Below are positions 1 through 13,518 of a DNA stretch of 64,000 bases, piece by piece. This DNA comes from Schmidtea polychroa (lineage: Eukaryota): assembly GCA_044892525.1 (NCBI GenBank), contig CM097888.1, positions 15,500,001-15,564,000 on the forward strand, in the 5' to 3' direction. The notes beneath the pieces were generated by a model, which searched no databases, was not told where the DNA came from, and was given only the letters and a program-made list of their open reading frames with translations. Numbering within the stretch: position 1 is the stretch's first letter; the number at the start of each line of letters is the position of its first letter. A program made the translations under genes and the position numbers.

Positions 1-282
1 ACAGTGTTAATAGATACTTAAAGCAGTGTTTCCCTAAATTTTTCAACCTGCTGACCACTAATACACATTTAACAATTTAGTGTTATTATTATAATCTTTA
101 TATATTGACCTGTGAAATAATAGTTACATCAATAATACAAATAATAGCATACAATAACATTATTATAAATTTATTATAAAACAAAAGTTGACATAAATCA
201 CATTATGCAATTCAATTTTAATTTAAATTAAATTTCATTTAGTTCATTATTGGAATTGTCAAAATATATCTAGTGGGAAGTG

Positions 283-806
283 AGTAGGTAGTTAGTGGCC
301 CCCTACACGACTATCCGGTGGGGGGTTTGCTGCAATAATGTTTTTGCTCAGCTATTACGTAATTGCTGCAGTGAGACACTCTTATTTTTTCTGGGATTTT
401 CAATACAAAAAAGGTTCTATACAAAAAGACTGTTTTTTCTGACTATACTTAGGGTGAAGGTTTAAGGAGACCCCCTAATTATAGTCAGAAATATCCATGC
501 TTTTTTAGTGTAGAATGATATTTGTATTGAAAATCCCAGAATCAAGGAGACCCACTTTAATTCATGCTTTATCTAGAATTGGATTTTGTATTGAAAATTC
601 CAGGATCAATCGAGACGCCCTCAGTATAGTCAGAAAAACATGGCTTTTTTTATATAGGACATTTTTTGTATTTTAAATCCCAGAAAAAATAAGAGTGGCC
701 CACTGCAGTAATTACATAACCGTTGAGCAAAAAAATACTGCAACAAACTCCCTCCTGGGGACTCCCAAAGGATGGTCAGGTTGTAGGGGGCCACTAAATA
801 CCTACA
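283..806. mobile_element. Miniature non-autonomous element with Polinton-like termini (candidate mini-Polinton)
   Basis: About 25-bp TIR (AGTAGGTAGTTAGTGGCCCCCTACA ... TGTAGGGGGCCACTAAATACCTACA) flanked by identical 6-mers GAAGTG at 277-282 and 807-812. Interior has degenerate repeats (GAAAATCCCAGA) and no credible ORF. Confidence 0.6.
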
Positions 807-2068
807 GAAGTGCAATTTATATTAAAAACTACTCGTTGAAGAGTGCATTTCGGGAAATGTGTACGTTTATTCTATGCTTAGAAAACATTGCTCGGCTGTG
901 CAATTGATTTATTTGACTCAGTAGTTTGAGTAATATTAAATAGTCATATTCAGAGGATAATGAAATCAGTAAGTTTAACACTAATATAACGCAACCGATA
1001 GAAATCTATTTAAATTTTTCTTCTCAGTATATTTATTGGATAACCAGACAATTCAATATGATCCGCTAAATTTACAAAATACTTATAAATTAAACGAATT
1101 AGTATAAAACATTTTCCTACAACAGTTTTATAACACAGTTTTCATTGATTGATAAGTATATTAACACGTTCAGGTCGGTGAGTACCACCAGTGGGACGTA
1201 TTTATTGTTATTAGACGTATTATTAGAAAATAACATTTATCTTTAATTACAATTATAATTAATAACGTATTATAAACATAACTTTAATGATACGCACATA
1301 ATGATAGATTAAAAGTAATAGGAATAAAATGATGTATCAAATAGAAAAATGGGACTTAAATTTGACAAAACAATGGCTTTAATTATTTGTGCGCAATCAT
1401 ACACACAATTTAAATACCCTCGTCACATAATTAATAGTGGAAACGTTAAAATTAGTCACAAATGGTGGAAAAAATGAAATTAAACACAAATACAAATAAT
1501 CAAACAAACTCTTAATTATTTATTTCCCTTGCATTCTTAACTTGTGTCACCGGCCTCATGTGAAATTTCCTTTAAACCTTTCACTACTGCTGGCGCTATA
1601 TACACTTGTCAATATCTGCTACATATAATTTAAATACCAACATAGTTAACTTATTAATATTCGCGTTAAAATTACTCCGCCCTGGCCCTAATGATAAGCG
1701 TAGGAAGTCAGCACCTAGTAAAGTAAAAATGAACCTAAGGTGTTCAGCAGTGAAATGATTAAATACTGCCCCAAGCGTCTCACCAGTCTCATGTGAAGTT
1801 TTTTATTTGTTCTATTACCTTTATGTTGCCAATGCCTCATATGATATTTAGAGTAAAAATGAGGCTGATTTGACATTTTAAACAATTGAAATACAACTTT
1901 ATTTTATGCTAATTCATTTAATTTGTAGCTATTTTGTAAATTAAAATGGGTGTTAAACTGTCAGTGTGTTGACATGTCATAGAATTGATTTATTGGTACC
2001 GGTAAATTATTATATATATAATTTACTTTCATTGTATCACCATTTTTTTACCAATATTAAAAAATTAC

Positions 2069-2625
<557 letters not shown>

Positions 2626-2826
2626 ATTTTTAAATAATATTTGTAAATTTAAACACAAGGTGGAAAATTGAATTTATTTTGTTAATTCTTTTTTAAATAA
2701 GGGATAATAAAATTTTATTTTTTGAACTCTGAAATTTTGACAAAATTCTTAAAAAAATTACTATTAGTACTATGTGATAAATTATTTTCATTTTGACAAA
2801 AATGATCAAATATTTGTGATTATTAT

Positions 2827-2920
2827 AAATATATTATAAATAAAGTAATTATTATAAATAAAGTAATTATTATAAATAAAGTAATTATTATAATTATTAA
2901 TTATTATAAATAAAGTAATT
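2827..2920. repeat. Short tandem repeat of TAAATAAAGTAATTATTA (about 4 degenerate copies)
   Basis: Direct repetition visible in the sequence. Confidence 0.6.
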
Positions 2921-2936
2921 TAATTAGTTTATTAAA

Positions 2937-3129
2937 AGGGGTTGCTAGACGTCCCGGTCAACCAGGATTGTTCCGTTTCTACATATATTTTTGAGCGTCT
3001 TCAAAAAGCGACTTAGGGACGGTGAAAAGTTTCAATTTAGATTTAATATAAAAGTATAAGTATAATTTATGTAATATATAGTCTAGAGTTTCCGGACGTT
3101 CAAATTAATCAAGACGTCTGACAACACTA
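2937..3129. mobile_element. hAT MITE (Blackjack-like termini)
   Basis: Imperfect TIR AGGGGTTGCTAGACGTC ... GACGTCTGACAACACTA, 8-bp TSD TTATTAAA on both sides, subterminal GTCCCG/GGGACG motifs. Confidence 0.6.
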
Positions 3130-3974
3130 TTATTAAATCGAAATTTGAAAATTGAAATCCGGTTTCATCTTTGTTTTGTATATGATAATTTATTTGAAAA
3201 AAATTATTGGTGTTCCGTGTTGTTATGACTTCAAATGAACTTAACATAAAATCTTTATTGTGGGGGGTTGTGGCTTTGGACTTAAAAATTGTAGTTTTTA
3301 TTACTATTTCGCATCAGTATCAGAATTATTAATTTAATAACAAAGTTGAGAACTATCATGGCCTATTATATCATAGGATTACCAGGTGTTATGTGTCATA
3401 ATTTACTAAAAGTGTTTAATCATCCCAAGTCTTAGTGGTGCTATTTAAATTATCTGTAGTCATTCAGTATTTTGTATATCCATGAAAAGATGTAAATTGA
3501 AAACATTGAAATTATTTCAGGGAAAAACTAAAATAAACAGAAATTTATAATTAATGTCCACGTTAGATTACTCTTTCAACGACGAGTCTACTGCCAGTTT
3601 TGTCAAGGCTTGGTTCATGTAGTTAATGTAACCGTCGCAATGTCTAGAGTTTATTTAGTAGAATTAGAAATCTGTATTGCGATTTTTGTCCTCCAATTGG
3701 TTGATGGTCCGCCTGTGAACGTTTTGTTACGAGAAACTTCGATATATGATGTCAATTTTTTATATGTTTAACTTCTTCAGTCAAGTTTTCTTCCAGAAAG
3801 TATTTCTCTAGTTTCTCTGTTAATTAAAAGTTTTCCATTTGTAGGCACCGTTTTTGAATTTTCTGGAACACGTGGAGTCAGAGTAACCAACGGTTGATTT
3901 TTGGTATCATAAAACCCAACAGAATAATTCCTTAGTATTTGGTTCGAATTTAGTGTTACTAATCAACTAGACAA

Positions 3975-4667
3975 AAATTTTGGCATAAAAGAGTGTCTTG
4001 CGGCGAGAATGTGGCGGTATTTATACTTATTTTCTGTCTGCGAGTACGTGTGTGTGCATTGATGCAGTAAAACAAACTCGAATTCTTTTCAATTCTAGAA
4101 TATTCAATTTTTGATTTTTAACTATTTTAATGGTAATTTTTGTGCTATAATTTTGGTTTTTTATTTTTGAATTATTCTTTAATTTTGCCTTCATGATGGA
4201 TTTGGGCATTTCCAGGACATTCCATATCTAATTTATTTTAACTTTTATTTTAGAATCGTTTTTTGTGGATTCTTTTTTAGGATTTCTATTTTTTAAACTA
4301 AATTATTTATTTTTGTTAACTTTTATTGTATTGAATGGTATCCATGATGTATTTTGCCGTTTTTATGGATTGTTCTCGGTTTTTGTCTATAATTTTCTTT
4401 TATTTCCGATTTTCTACAGTTTTTCGAATTCATTCGAGTTCGTTTTTGTACTTTTGTGCTTTTCTGTTGTGTTTGAGTCAATTTTGAGGTGATACTTCTT
4501 GCATTTGTTTCGTTTTATCTCTTATTTTAGATGTTTTTATTTTCTGTTATTTTTACTCATTATTATCGTTATTTGAATAAACTTAATGCTAAGTGTGCGT
4601 TTTATGCACCACCACATTTCGTCACATTTTCAAGATTTTGAGTCTAGAATTCAGTTCTAGCCCAACA
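3975..4667. repeat. Dispersed ~700-bp repeat, copy 1 (unclassified non-autonomous element)
   Basis: Shares GTGCATTGATGCAGTAAAACAAA, the T-rich body and the end TCTAGAA.TCAGTTCTAGCCCAACA with 11950-12742. Confidence 0.7.
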
Positions 4668-5316
4668 CGTAGTATGTCTCTTTAAAATAACTTCAGCAGC
4701 GTAACCGTTAAATAGCATAAATTAAAAAATTAGTTAAAAACTGAGTTAAAATTCTGTATAGTTGCCAAAAATTTTGCGATAACGAAAGAACGATCACACA
4801 GCGTGCACCATTGCTTTTCATAAATGAAGTGAAAGATGCTGTAAATTTTAGAAATTTTTTTGGTAAATTTATTTTCATTGAATATATTTTATTTATAAAG
4901 GTCTTATCTTAGTTATTCTATATAAGAACCAGTTAAGTTTTGACTCTCAAATAACAAGACCTCAACATAAAATGTTCTTTCTTATCCTTCCTGTAACTAT
5001 TATCTGATTTCGGTTCACATAAATTAGTAAGTCTTAACAATATATAATTTTAATAAGAAGCATATCCTAAAATATCTCTTATTCAATATTAAATGAGCTA
5101 GATATGGCAAAATCCTAAATAAATAATTGTTTTTCTCTTTGTTTTTAATTGGATATTTTAAATAATTAAAAAAACAATCTTTAAATTAGTTATTCATTAA
5201 ATCATTTTGTTTGAAATTATCAAATTTATATTGTAATTATAGTATTTTTGGATTATAAATGACAAATTAATTAATTTTTTTCAGTCTTTGGTTTCTTATA
5301 TTAGTTTGTACTAATA

Positions 5317-6048
5317 ATGGATTGTTGGATGCTCAGATCATTAAGACTCTTGTTTTCCAATAACTCTGATGATTATTCGAAAATTTATCAAATGTTCCAA
5401 GATTCATTGGATCCCGAATGTGAACAAAAGGTAACAAAAATGACTTCGAAAGAGGCAGTTCAAGACATATCAACTAAATCAAATGTTAAAGTTTCCGAGA
5501 CTGGTAAAAAGATTAAAGGCATTGAAACTGTTAATTCATTACCAAATGCATCCGTAACTAAAACTGTTCCTAAACGGCACTTTCCTTACAAAGATGCGCC
5601 TGAAGACACTGAAAAGAAAAAAATTCAGTTATTGAATGTAGATTTATTTGGTCCTACTCAAATCACTACTTATGATGCGAAAAGGCGTCGTAATGTTTCC
5701 ACTAGTATACCTACAATTGCGAAGGAAAGAATTAATACACAAGAATCTATTTTAACATCAGATATGCTTAATGGCGAGGTTATTCAAGAATTTTCGGATC
5801 TTCATTGTCAAATATGTCATTCTCTAAATGTGTCATCAGATAATATGATAATTGAATGTCACAAATGCCGCAATCTATACCATCAAAAATGCCATCAACC
5901 ACACGTTTCCCAGTCATCTGCTGTTCAATTACACTGGCATTGTTCCAAATGTATTGACGGTGATGATGCACAAAATCATGCTGGAACAGCTGACAAGAAT
6001 TTTGCTCCCATAGATTTGACTGTTACTAATCTTCCAATGAATATTTAA
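5317..6048 (+). CDS. INTS12: Integrator complex subunit 12-like PHD-finger protein
   Basis: 243-aa ORF with a C4HC3 PHD finger (CQICHSLNVSSDNMIIECHKCRNLYHQKCHQPHV...WHCSKC) of INTS12 style. N-terminal helix LRSLRLLFSNNSDD..KIYQMFQDSL resembles the INTS12 N-terminus. Confidence 0.75.
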   Translation: MDCWMLRSLRLLFSNNSDDYSKIYQMFQDSLDPECEQKVTKMTSKEAVQDISTKSNVKVSETGKKIKGIETVNSLPNASVTKTVPKRHFPYKDAPEDTEKKKIQLLNVDLFGPTQITTYDAKRRRNVSTSIPTIAKERINTQESILTSDMLNGEVIQEFSDLHCQICHSLNVSSDNMIIECHKCRNLYHQKCHQPHVSQSSAVQLHWHCSKCIDGDDAQNHAGTADKNFAPIDLTVTNLPMNI

Positions 6049-8399
6049 ATTTAAATTCTTATGTTTTGTCAACTGATTTTCACTAAAATAATTATTGCAA
6101 ATTAATAGTCAAAAATAATTTAATCATTTAATTTTTGACTGAAATTGTATTTATCAAGTCTTTAAAATTTGTTCAGTTAGTAATAATAAAATGTTCAGCT
6201 ATTCTGAAATATAGCTAATGGAATAATGAATATGGTATATTCATCATCAAATATTGAGGTTTTTATATTTATGATAATCTCTAAAATTGAATTTGTTTTC
6301 ATATTGACTAGTTAATTATTAAATTTCCTCTATAAACTATATTAAAATTCCGAGATCTTTATCCATTCTTTTCTGAGATTATCGATCAGCCTTTATTTCT
6401 CATTTCGAGGCAGTTTATTCATTGGCTATCCTATTTAGTAATTATTTTGCTCTTCCTTAACCCAACAATAAGTGTCCATTACAGGGCTAACACATTTCTG
6501 GTCAGCCGATTTGTGATGGCTGATATTGTATTGGCCGGCCAATTATCAGAGAACCCATTCAGTTATACTCCACTGACCCTTGCCCATTTGTCCTTCAAAA
6601 AGTATACAAAAAAAAAACAATAACTTCCGATCAAGCGACTAAAATTCATGTAGTACAGAAAAACTAAGTAAATATTTTGTGAGTGCTCTCTTATATAAAT
6701 TTTTGCCGGATATAGCTTGTGTTGTCCACACACGCATTTACTACTACTTTGAAATCAGGTTATTGTAATAATGAAAATTTTTAGAGTAACACCAATCAAT
6801 CTGTGCATTGGTTTTTATCTTGCATTTGATTGATTGTTTTATTTTTATTTCGCTATTTCTCAAGCACATTTGTAGAGATTTCTTCCTTAATCAATATTTT
6901 TTTTATTTTCACTCTTAATTTAAGTAAATCATATAAGCATACCAAGATTGGTTGAATCCGATCTAAGCTAGGAGGAATTGTATTGGTGCGATAGGACAAA
7001 CGAATTAAACTTTATTCCCCAACTGGTTCTACCACCTGGTGGTTAGTGAAAGAATGTTGGTTTGGGAAAAATCAAATAAATACAAATTACAGAAAAAAAA
7101 GAGAAGAGCTAATGATGATCATAGTGGTGGGTTACTGATGATCAAATATTTTGCTCTTTAGTGCTGTTTCCAGCGTAACCTAGAATACAATTTATAGCTG
7201 ACCACTTGATACCCGTTGAGCAATCAACGTTGGTACTGTATCAAGGGTTTGAGTACTAGCAAAAAGTGAGCACGTTTAACATACTATAATTGTCTAGCAC
7301 CCACTGGGGTTCACGGACTACCATTAGAAGGTTTATGTCCGCTTTACATGGTCCCTGTCGTCGGATAGTGCTCCCGATAACCTGTTAACGTGTCTTGTAT
7401 TCTTCCACGGTGTCAGCTCACCCCACCATTCGTATAAATCATCATTATTCATGGGTCAATCTGTCCTACCTTCCCTGAAGATGGGCCAACTTTTCCGTCT
7501 TCGTTGGATCTCCTTGCGTCTGACATCTAAATGAGATTCGTTACCTAAAGTTGTCCATTGCCCTACTTAATTATGGTTTAAATGCTCATCGCGTCTGGTC
7601 CACTCTGTCAACCTATCCCGACAAGCTACCTAGACCGCCTTATCACACCATTCCACGAGAATTTGCAACTAGTCTAAATTTTAATCTTATATTAATTTAG
7701 CCTAAAACTAATATTCCATCGGAAAAATTAAAATTTTATAATAAATTAAAGTAATAAATCTTTAACTTAAATTAATAAATTAAGTTATATTATTAAATAT
7801 TTGTTTTAAATGATGACGTGATAGTCATTTACTTATCACCCCAAAGCGGTGAATTTAAATTTTTATATTTATTTAGGAATAAAATTTTTAAGTAATTATG
7901 TATGAAATTGCCACTGTATGCGACCTCGCTGAGAAAGAAGCACTAGCATCGAACTTTGTTTTCGAAATGCTTGCTTCTTCCTCAGTTGTGGCAGTCAGCA
8001 GCGGCACAATCCACATTTCTACTCGTTCAGTTTGGTAATTTATATTGTTACATTTATTTTCACTAATTTTTCAGGTACAAGTTAGCAGGAATTGTTCCCT
8101 TTTTTAGGTTCTGGTAACTCGCTGTGGCTATTTTAGTAGAATGTGGAGAGGCTTATTTTTAAATATTCGAATGGAAAGTTTACAACTGAAATCGATTTTA
8201 AACCCAAAATAGAAACACTAGTCGGAGCACACGGGTATAAATTACCTAGTAAACTTTTCAGGAAAAGGTGAATTTCCATTCATTATTGGAATTCTATCGG
8301 CTCTCAAAACGAACAATTTGCACAATAAAAGTTCCTATTTTGTTTAGTTATTTTTTCTTTTTATTCATTCATTCTTATGCTTTCTTATTCTATTTATAA

Positions 8400-8515
8400 T
8401 AATAATAACATTGATAGCAGTAATAATAATAATAGTAATAATAATAATAATGATGATAATAATAATCGTAGTAATAATAATAACACTAAGGGTAATAATG
8501 AGAATAATAATACAT
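8400..8515. repeat. (AAT)n low-complexity tract
   Basis: Visible AAT repeats; they generate the spurious poly-Asn ORF 8377-8721. Confidence 0.8.
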
Positions 8516-8667
8516 GCAAAATTATAAAAAAAATTTTTAGGATTATAGGACGACTAGAATTAACCTTAATTCTTGTTATTATACAACTTGGGGTCTTTAT
8601 GGGGAAAGGTGGTCATATTTTTATAAGGTTATTTTATAAATCTATATATACATACACACATCCACAC

Positions 8668-8705
<38 letters not shown>

Positions 8706-9129
8706 ATATATATGGATATAATTTAAATTAATAATATTGATGTCGTTTTCCGGGGGGGGGTGTTACTAAAAATAGATTTTAGTGATTTTCCGTAATTTTA
8801 TTGGAAGATAAGGCGATTGAAGCTAAATTTAGAGATAAGGGAATCCCAAAATCGATAATTTGGTTTATAATTTTATTTCCATGAAATAAAGATAATTATT
8901 TTAATAATATAATATTAATAATAATGATAATAGTAATTATAATAATAAGAGCGGTAATGTTNNNNNNNNNNNNNNNNNNNNNNNNNNNNNNNNNNNNNNN
9001 NNNNNNNNNNNNNNNNNNNNNNNNNNNNNNNNNNNNNNNNNNNNNNNNNNNNNNNNNNNNNNNNNNNNNNNNNNNNNNNNNNNNNNNNNNNNNNNNNNNN
9101 NNNNNNNNNNNNNNTGTATATTTTTACAA

Positions 9130-10690
9130 GATTACCACATATGGGGGATGGGTCATTTACGAAAAATTATGAATTTATATTTTTAAATGAAATATAATTT
9201 AACTGTCTATGAATATGATATAATTCAGTATACCTACTTAATAGTTAATGGCTACATGATTCGAAGGGGGTCGGTTAAATAAAAAATGCAAGTTATATTT
9301 TTAAAGGTAATATAAGTTGACTATATCTGAAAACAAATTAAATTAGTACTTTTGGGTAATCATTAATGACTATATGATCTGAGGGGGGGGTCATTTATGG
9401 AAATATACAATTTATAGTTTTAAATATAATATAAGTTAAATATATATTAAGATAAGCTAATTTAGTATATTTAGGTGGTGGTTGATGACTATATGGTTTG
9501 TGGAGGGGTCCTCGAGGAAAAATTTTCAACTATAATTTAAAAAGTAATCTAAGTTAAGGATATATATTAAATAGTCTAAATGAGTGTATCAGGTAGTGGT
9601 TGATGGTTATATGAATTAAGGGGGGTCATTTATCAAAATTTTCCAAATTTATATCGTAAAGGTAATGTATTAATGTATTTAGACAATAATTAATGGTTAG
9701 GGGACCTGAGGAATTATTAAGTTTGATAACTGTACATATATAAGTTAATTTATTACTATATATATTGTTCTCGCCAAATGTATAGTTTGAGGGGGGTAGT
9801 TTATGAAAATTTACAATTTATATTTTAAAATATAATATAAGTTAAATGTATATTAAGATAAGCTAATTTAGTATATTTAGGTGGTAGTTGATGACAATAT
9901 GGTTTATGGGGGGGGGGGTCTTTAATGAAAAATTTTCAACTATGATTTTAAAAGTAATATAAGTTAAGTATATATATAAAATAGTCTAAGTTAATGCTTT
10001 AAGGGAGTGGTTAATGGTTATATGATTTAAGAGAAAGTTATTTATGGAAAAATTATAAATTATAGTTTTATAAATTTGGTATCTGTACATATATATGTTA
10101 ATTTATATTGTTTTCGACTATTCGGTAACTTAGGGGGTAGTTAGGGAAAGTTTAATAATTTATAATTTTATGGATTTATTTTCAATTTATAAGTAAGTTA
10201 AATCAGCACTCTTGACATAAATTTGAGCTACCATACTACTTGAGGAAGGCATCTGTGAAAAAAGGTAAATCATACTTTTATAAGTTCTAATATGTCTATA
10301 TATGCTTTATATTATTAACATTAGCCCCTTTTGATTATGATATAACTTAGGGGGGTACTAATGAAAGATTACAAATTGTACTTTATAAGTTCAAAATGTG
10401 CAATTATAGTTTGGAATATTTCTTTGAACATGTGTTTTGGCTATTATACAACCTGAGTGGGTATTTAGGGAAAATTTTATAAATTATAGTTTTATGAGTT
10501 TATTATACATGTATGTATTTTAGATTAATATTTTTAACATTGGTTTTGACTATTATACAATTTGAGGAAAAAATAAAAATAAAAATTTTCTTAGAAAATT
10601 AAAATACATACTTAAGAGAATCTAGTATATATATAACTTATATTAATAATCCTGAGGTTTTTCTTATTGCTACACCTCTTAGGGGTGGGA
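9130..10690. repeat. Degenerate tandem array, unit ~115-120 bp, each with a G-run (GACTATATGA..TGAGGGGGGTCATTTATG)
   Basis: G-run motifs recur at roughly 115-120 bp spacing (e.g. 9145, 9265, 9385, 9505, 9620, 9790, 9910, 10135, 10350); about 13 units. Confidence 0.7.
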
Positions 10691-11949
10691 CAGTTGTACT
10701 TGAAAGTCTATATTTTCCTTGGTTTTGATTTATGCTTTATGTTGAAATAATATTTATGCTTGCAAGTTATCCATGTAACTTTGTTTTGGTTATGATGGAG
10801 AACAGTTTTAACGTAGATCTATTTTGTGGATCCCTATATCATATCTAGAGAAATTTATGCCTGTAAAATATCATTTCAACAACTTTTGAGTCGAATGAAA
10901 AGCACTTTTAGTGGAAAATTGTTTTTGTTATGAATCTATATATTGTAATTACATAACATTTGTGTCGACAATTTACTTTTTATAGCTATTCAACTTAGTG
11001 TAGAATAATGTGAAGATGTTGCCCGAACTTATAAGTTATAGATATAATATTAGTAGTTTATAGATAAAGAGACTTTGTCAATATGTCTACGGGAATTTGC
11101 ACATAGAGAAATTTAGTTTTCATCAAAAATAGGTTATTATGTGGGCATCTATAGATATTAGTTCGCTTACCAGTGCGATTGAGATTATATCATCTTAGGT
11201 CCTACTCATCGCATGAACTTTAGGTTGCAGTATTCTTACAGGGAATAGTTCAGAATTTTTAAGTCTTTAATTGCCTTAAAAATTTTTGCGCAGGGATCTC
11301 CCTGTTATTTTGAGTTAATTAGTTTCTTAGGTTCACCTCGACTTTATCGTTTAAGAGGGATTCGTTTAGAAATAACCAGCTACACTAACATGTTCTATTG
11401 TGTGAAATTTGAGTCAGGGGATATTCCCTGTTTATCAGTTCCTAATGTTGTGTGCAAAATAGTATAATTTAAGTGTTATTTTAGATATGTAAGTTAACGA
11501 AAAGGTCAATTTAATTAAAATTTACCTACTTTCCCGACTACACTGAGTACGGTACGATAGGCCCTATTGTAATATGTATCCACAATTAGTTTCCCATAAT
11601 TATTTCGTCCGCATAGTCCCAGTGACTATGCCAACTACCAAGAAGGATTTATACGCCCTACTCATGGTTAAACACCAATAGTTCGTGGCGACCTCTGGTT
11701 AAGATTATGATTTTAGTGCATGTAGGGTCGAGGACCCGAAATCGTTATGAACTGTGCATTCATAAATGATAAAGTGCATAGGTGCAGGGTTGGCTGGGAT
11801 CTCGCTTCAAAATCATTGCTAACCGATGACCTCATTCAAATCTACACCTCTATAATTAAATAGAAATAATGAAAACAAAGTTTCAATAATAATAATTTAT
11901 AATTCACAATGAAATCGTCCTTACTTAAAATCTCAGAAAAATCAAAATC

Positions 11950-12742
11950 AAAAATTTGGCATAAGAGTAAGCATTAGCATTTGCTTTTTTTTTGCTTAAA
12001 GTGACGAAATGTGTTAGTTTATATAGCCTCTGTTTGACGTGTAAGTATACATGCGTGCATTGATGCAGTAAAACAAATTCAGATTATTTTAATTCTCGAA
12101 CATTCGATTTTTAATTTTTATTGATTTTGATGGCGATTTTTCAGTAAGAATTTTTGTTTTTATTTTTGAAATTTTATTTTCGAATTATTTTTTATTAAAT
12201 TTGCCTCCATGATGGATTTCAGCATTTCCAGAACATTCCATGCTAAATTTAATCTATTTCTTATTTTTAAATTGTTTTTTATGATTTCTTTTCTAAAATA
12301 TTTATTTTTTAAACTAAAATATTTATTTTTTATAAATTTTATTGGGTCGTTTGGCCGTCATGATGGATTTCGCCATTTTTATGAATTGTTCTGGATTTTT
12401 ATTCAAAATATCGATATAATTTTCTTTACGTAAGATTTTATGAAGATTTTCTTTAATTTTCTTTTTTAATTTGTACTAATCGCCTTTATTCGAATTTGTT
12501 TTTTGTTGTTTTATGTCTTTCGGTTATATTTGAGAAGTTTTCGTGTAATACTTCTTGCTCGTGTTTTATTTTATTTTTAATTCAGATGTTTTATTTTTGG
12601 GTATATTATCTCTCTATTATCATTGTTTACTTGGTGTTTTATATATTTTTATTTAAGTAAACTTAATGCTGGGTATGTGTGTTGTGTACTGACACATTTC
12701 GTCCCATTCCCAACTTTGGGTCTAGAAATCAGTTCTAGCCCA
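11950..12742. repeat. Dispersed ~700-bp repeat, copy 2
   Basis: Same orientation and motifs as 3975-4667. Internal inverted pair GTGACGAAATGTG (~12001) / CACATTTCGTCCC (~12693). Confidence 0.7.
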
Positions 12743-13518
12743 ACAATAGAAAAGTCAACGAAAAATTGAAAGATGTTGATTAGTAAAGAGGTACAAAAAG
12801 GTTCCAGTTTATCAATAACCGTAGAAGCACATATCAAAAACGAAATTTAAGGTAAAAAATGAACCGAATCAGTTAATGGAACCATCAACTTCGGAGAAGA
12901 ACCACGAGGAATCTATCTTATAATCAAATTAATAGGTTATAAAAATCCGAAAATTAAAAAATAAAATAATTTTATTTCAGCTGTTTTTAATCTTCTTTAC
13001 AATGTTGCACTATGCAACCTCACAAATTATTAGATACCTTACTAAAAGCATAAAAAAATCTAAAATTTTATAAAAAATTAAAAACAATCAAAATAATAAG
13101 AATAAATTTCACAAAGTTAATTTTCCTACGACTGTACGCATATATCGACATCGGTCAAAAATCTTTTTTGTGAAATGTTCCACATTCAGGTTCTACTTTT
13201 AATAAACAGGACGCAACGAAGGCGGTTACACCTGTCTTTCGTGTGAATAATAGAAAGAGAAATGCGAATGTGCAACTTGGATCAAGTAGCATATTTTATT
13301 CATGCTCATGATTATTCACACATTCGACGAGCGTTAAATGGCGAGAATAAATATATTCGTAAATGACAGCAGAGGACCAAGCGCTAGTAAGTATGGCAAA
13401 TTGAGAAACAAATGTCTAATAAAGGAATTTAAAAAATATCAATGGGGAGAAAGATAAAAGATTTTATTGAAAATTTAAATAGATAAAATTAAGAATTGAA
13501 TACGAAAGTATAATTTCA

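Noticed and set aside
900-2040. Last exon of TRAPPC3
   Set aside because: No segment translating to the expected C-terminal sequence could be recognised; left unassigned.
6960-8340. Possible LTR retrotransposon protease/integrase remnants (also 10700-11850 and 16900-17900)
   Set aside because: Only vague motif resemblance with many stops; no LTRs or diagnostic catalytic motifs identifiable by eye.
8377-9172. ORFs 8377-8721 and 8924-9172
   Set aside because: Products of AAT/AT microsatellites and an N gap.
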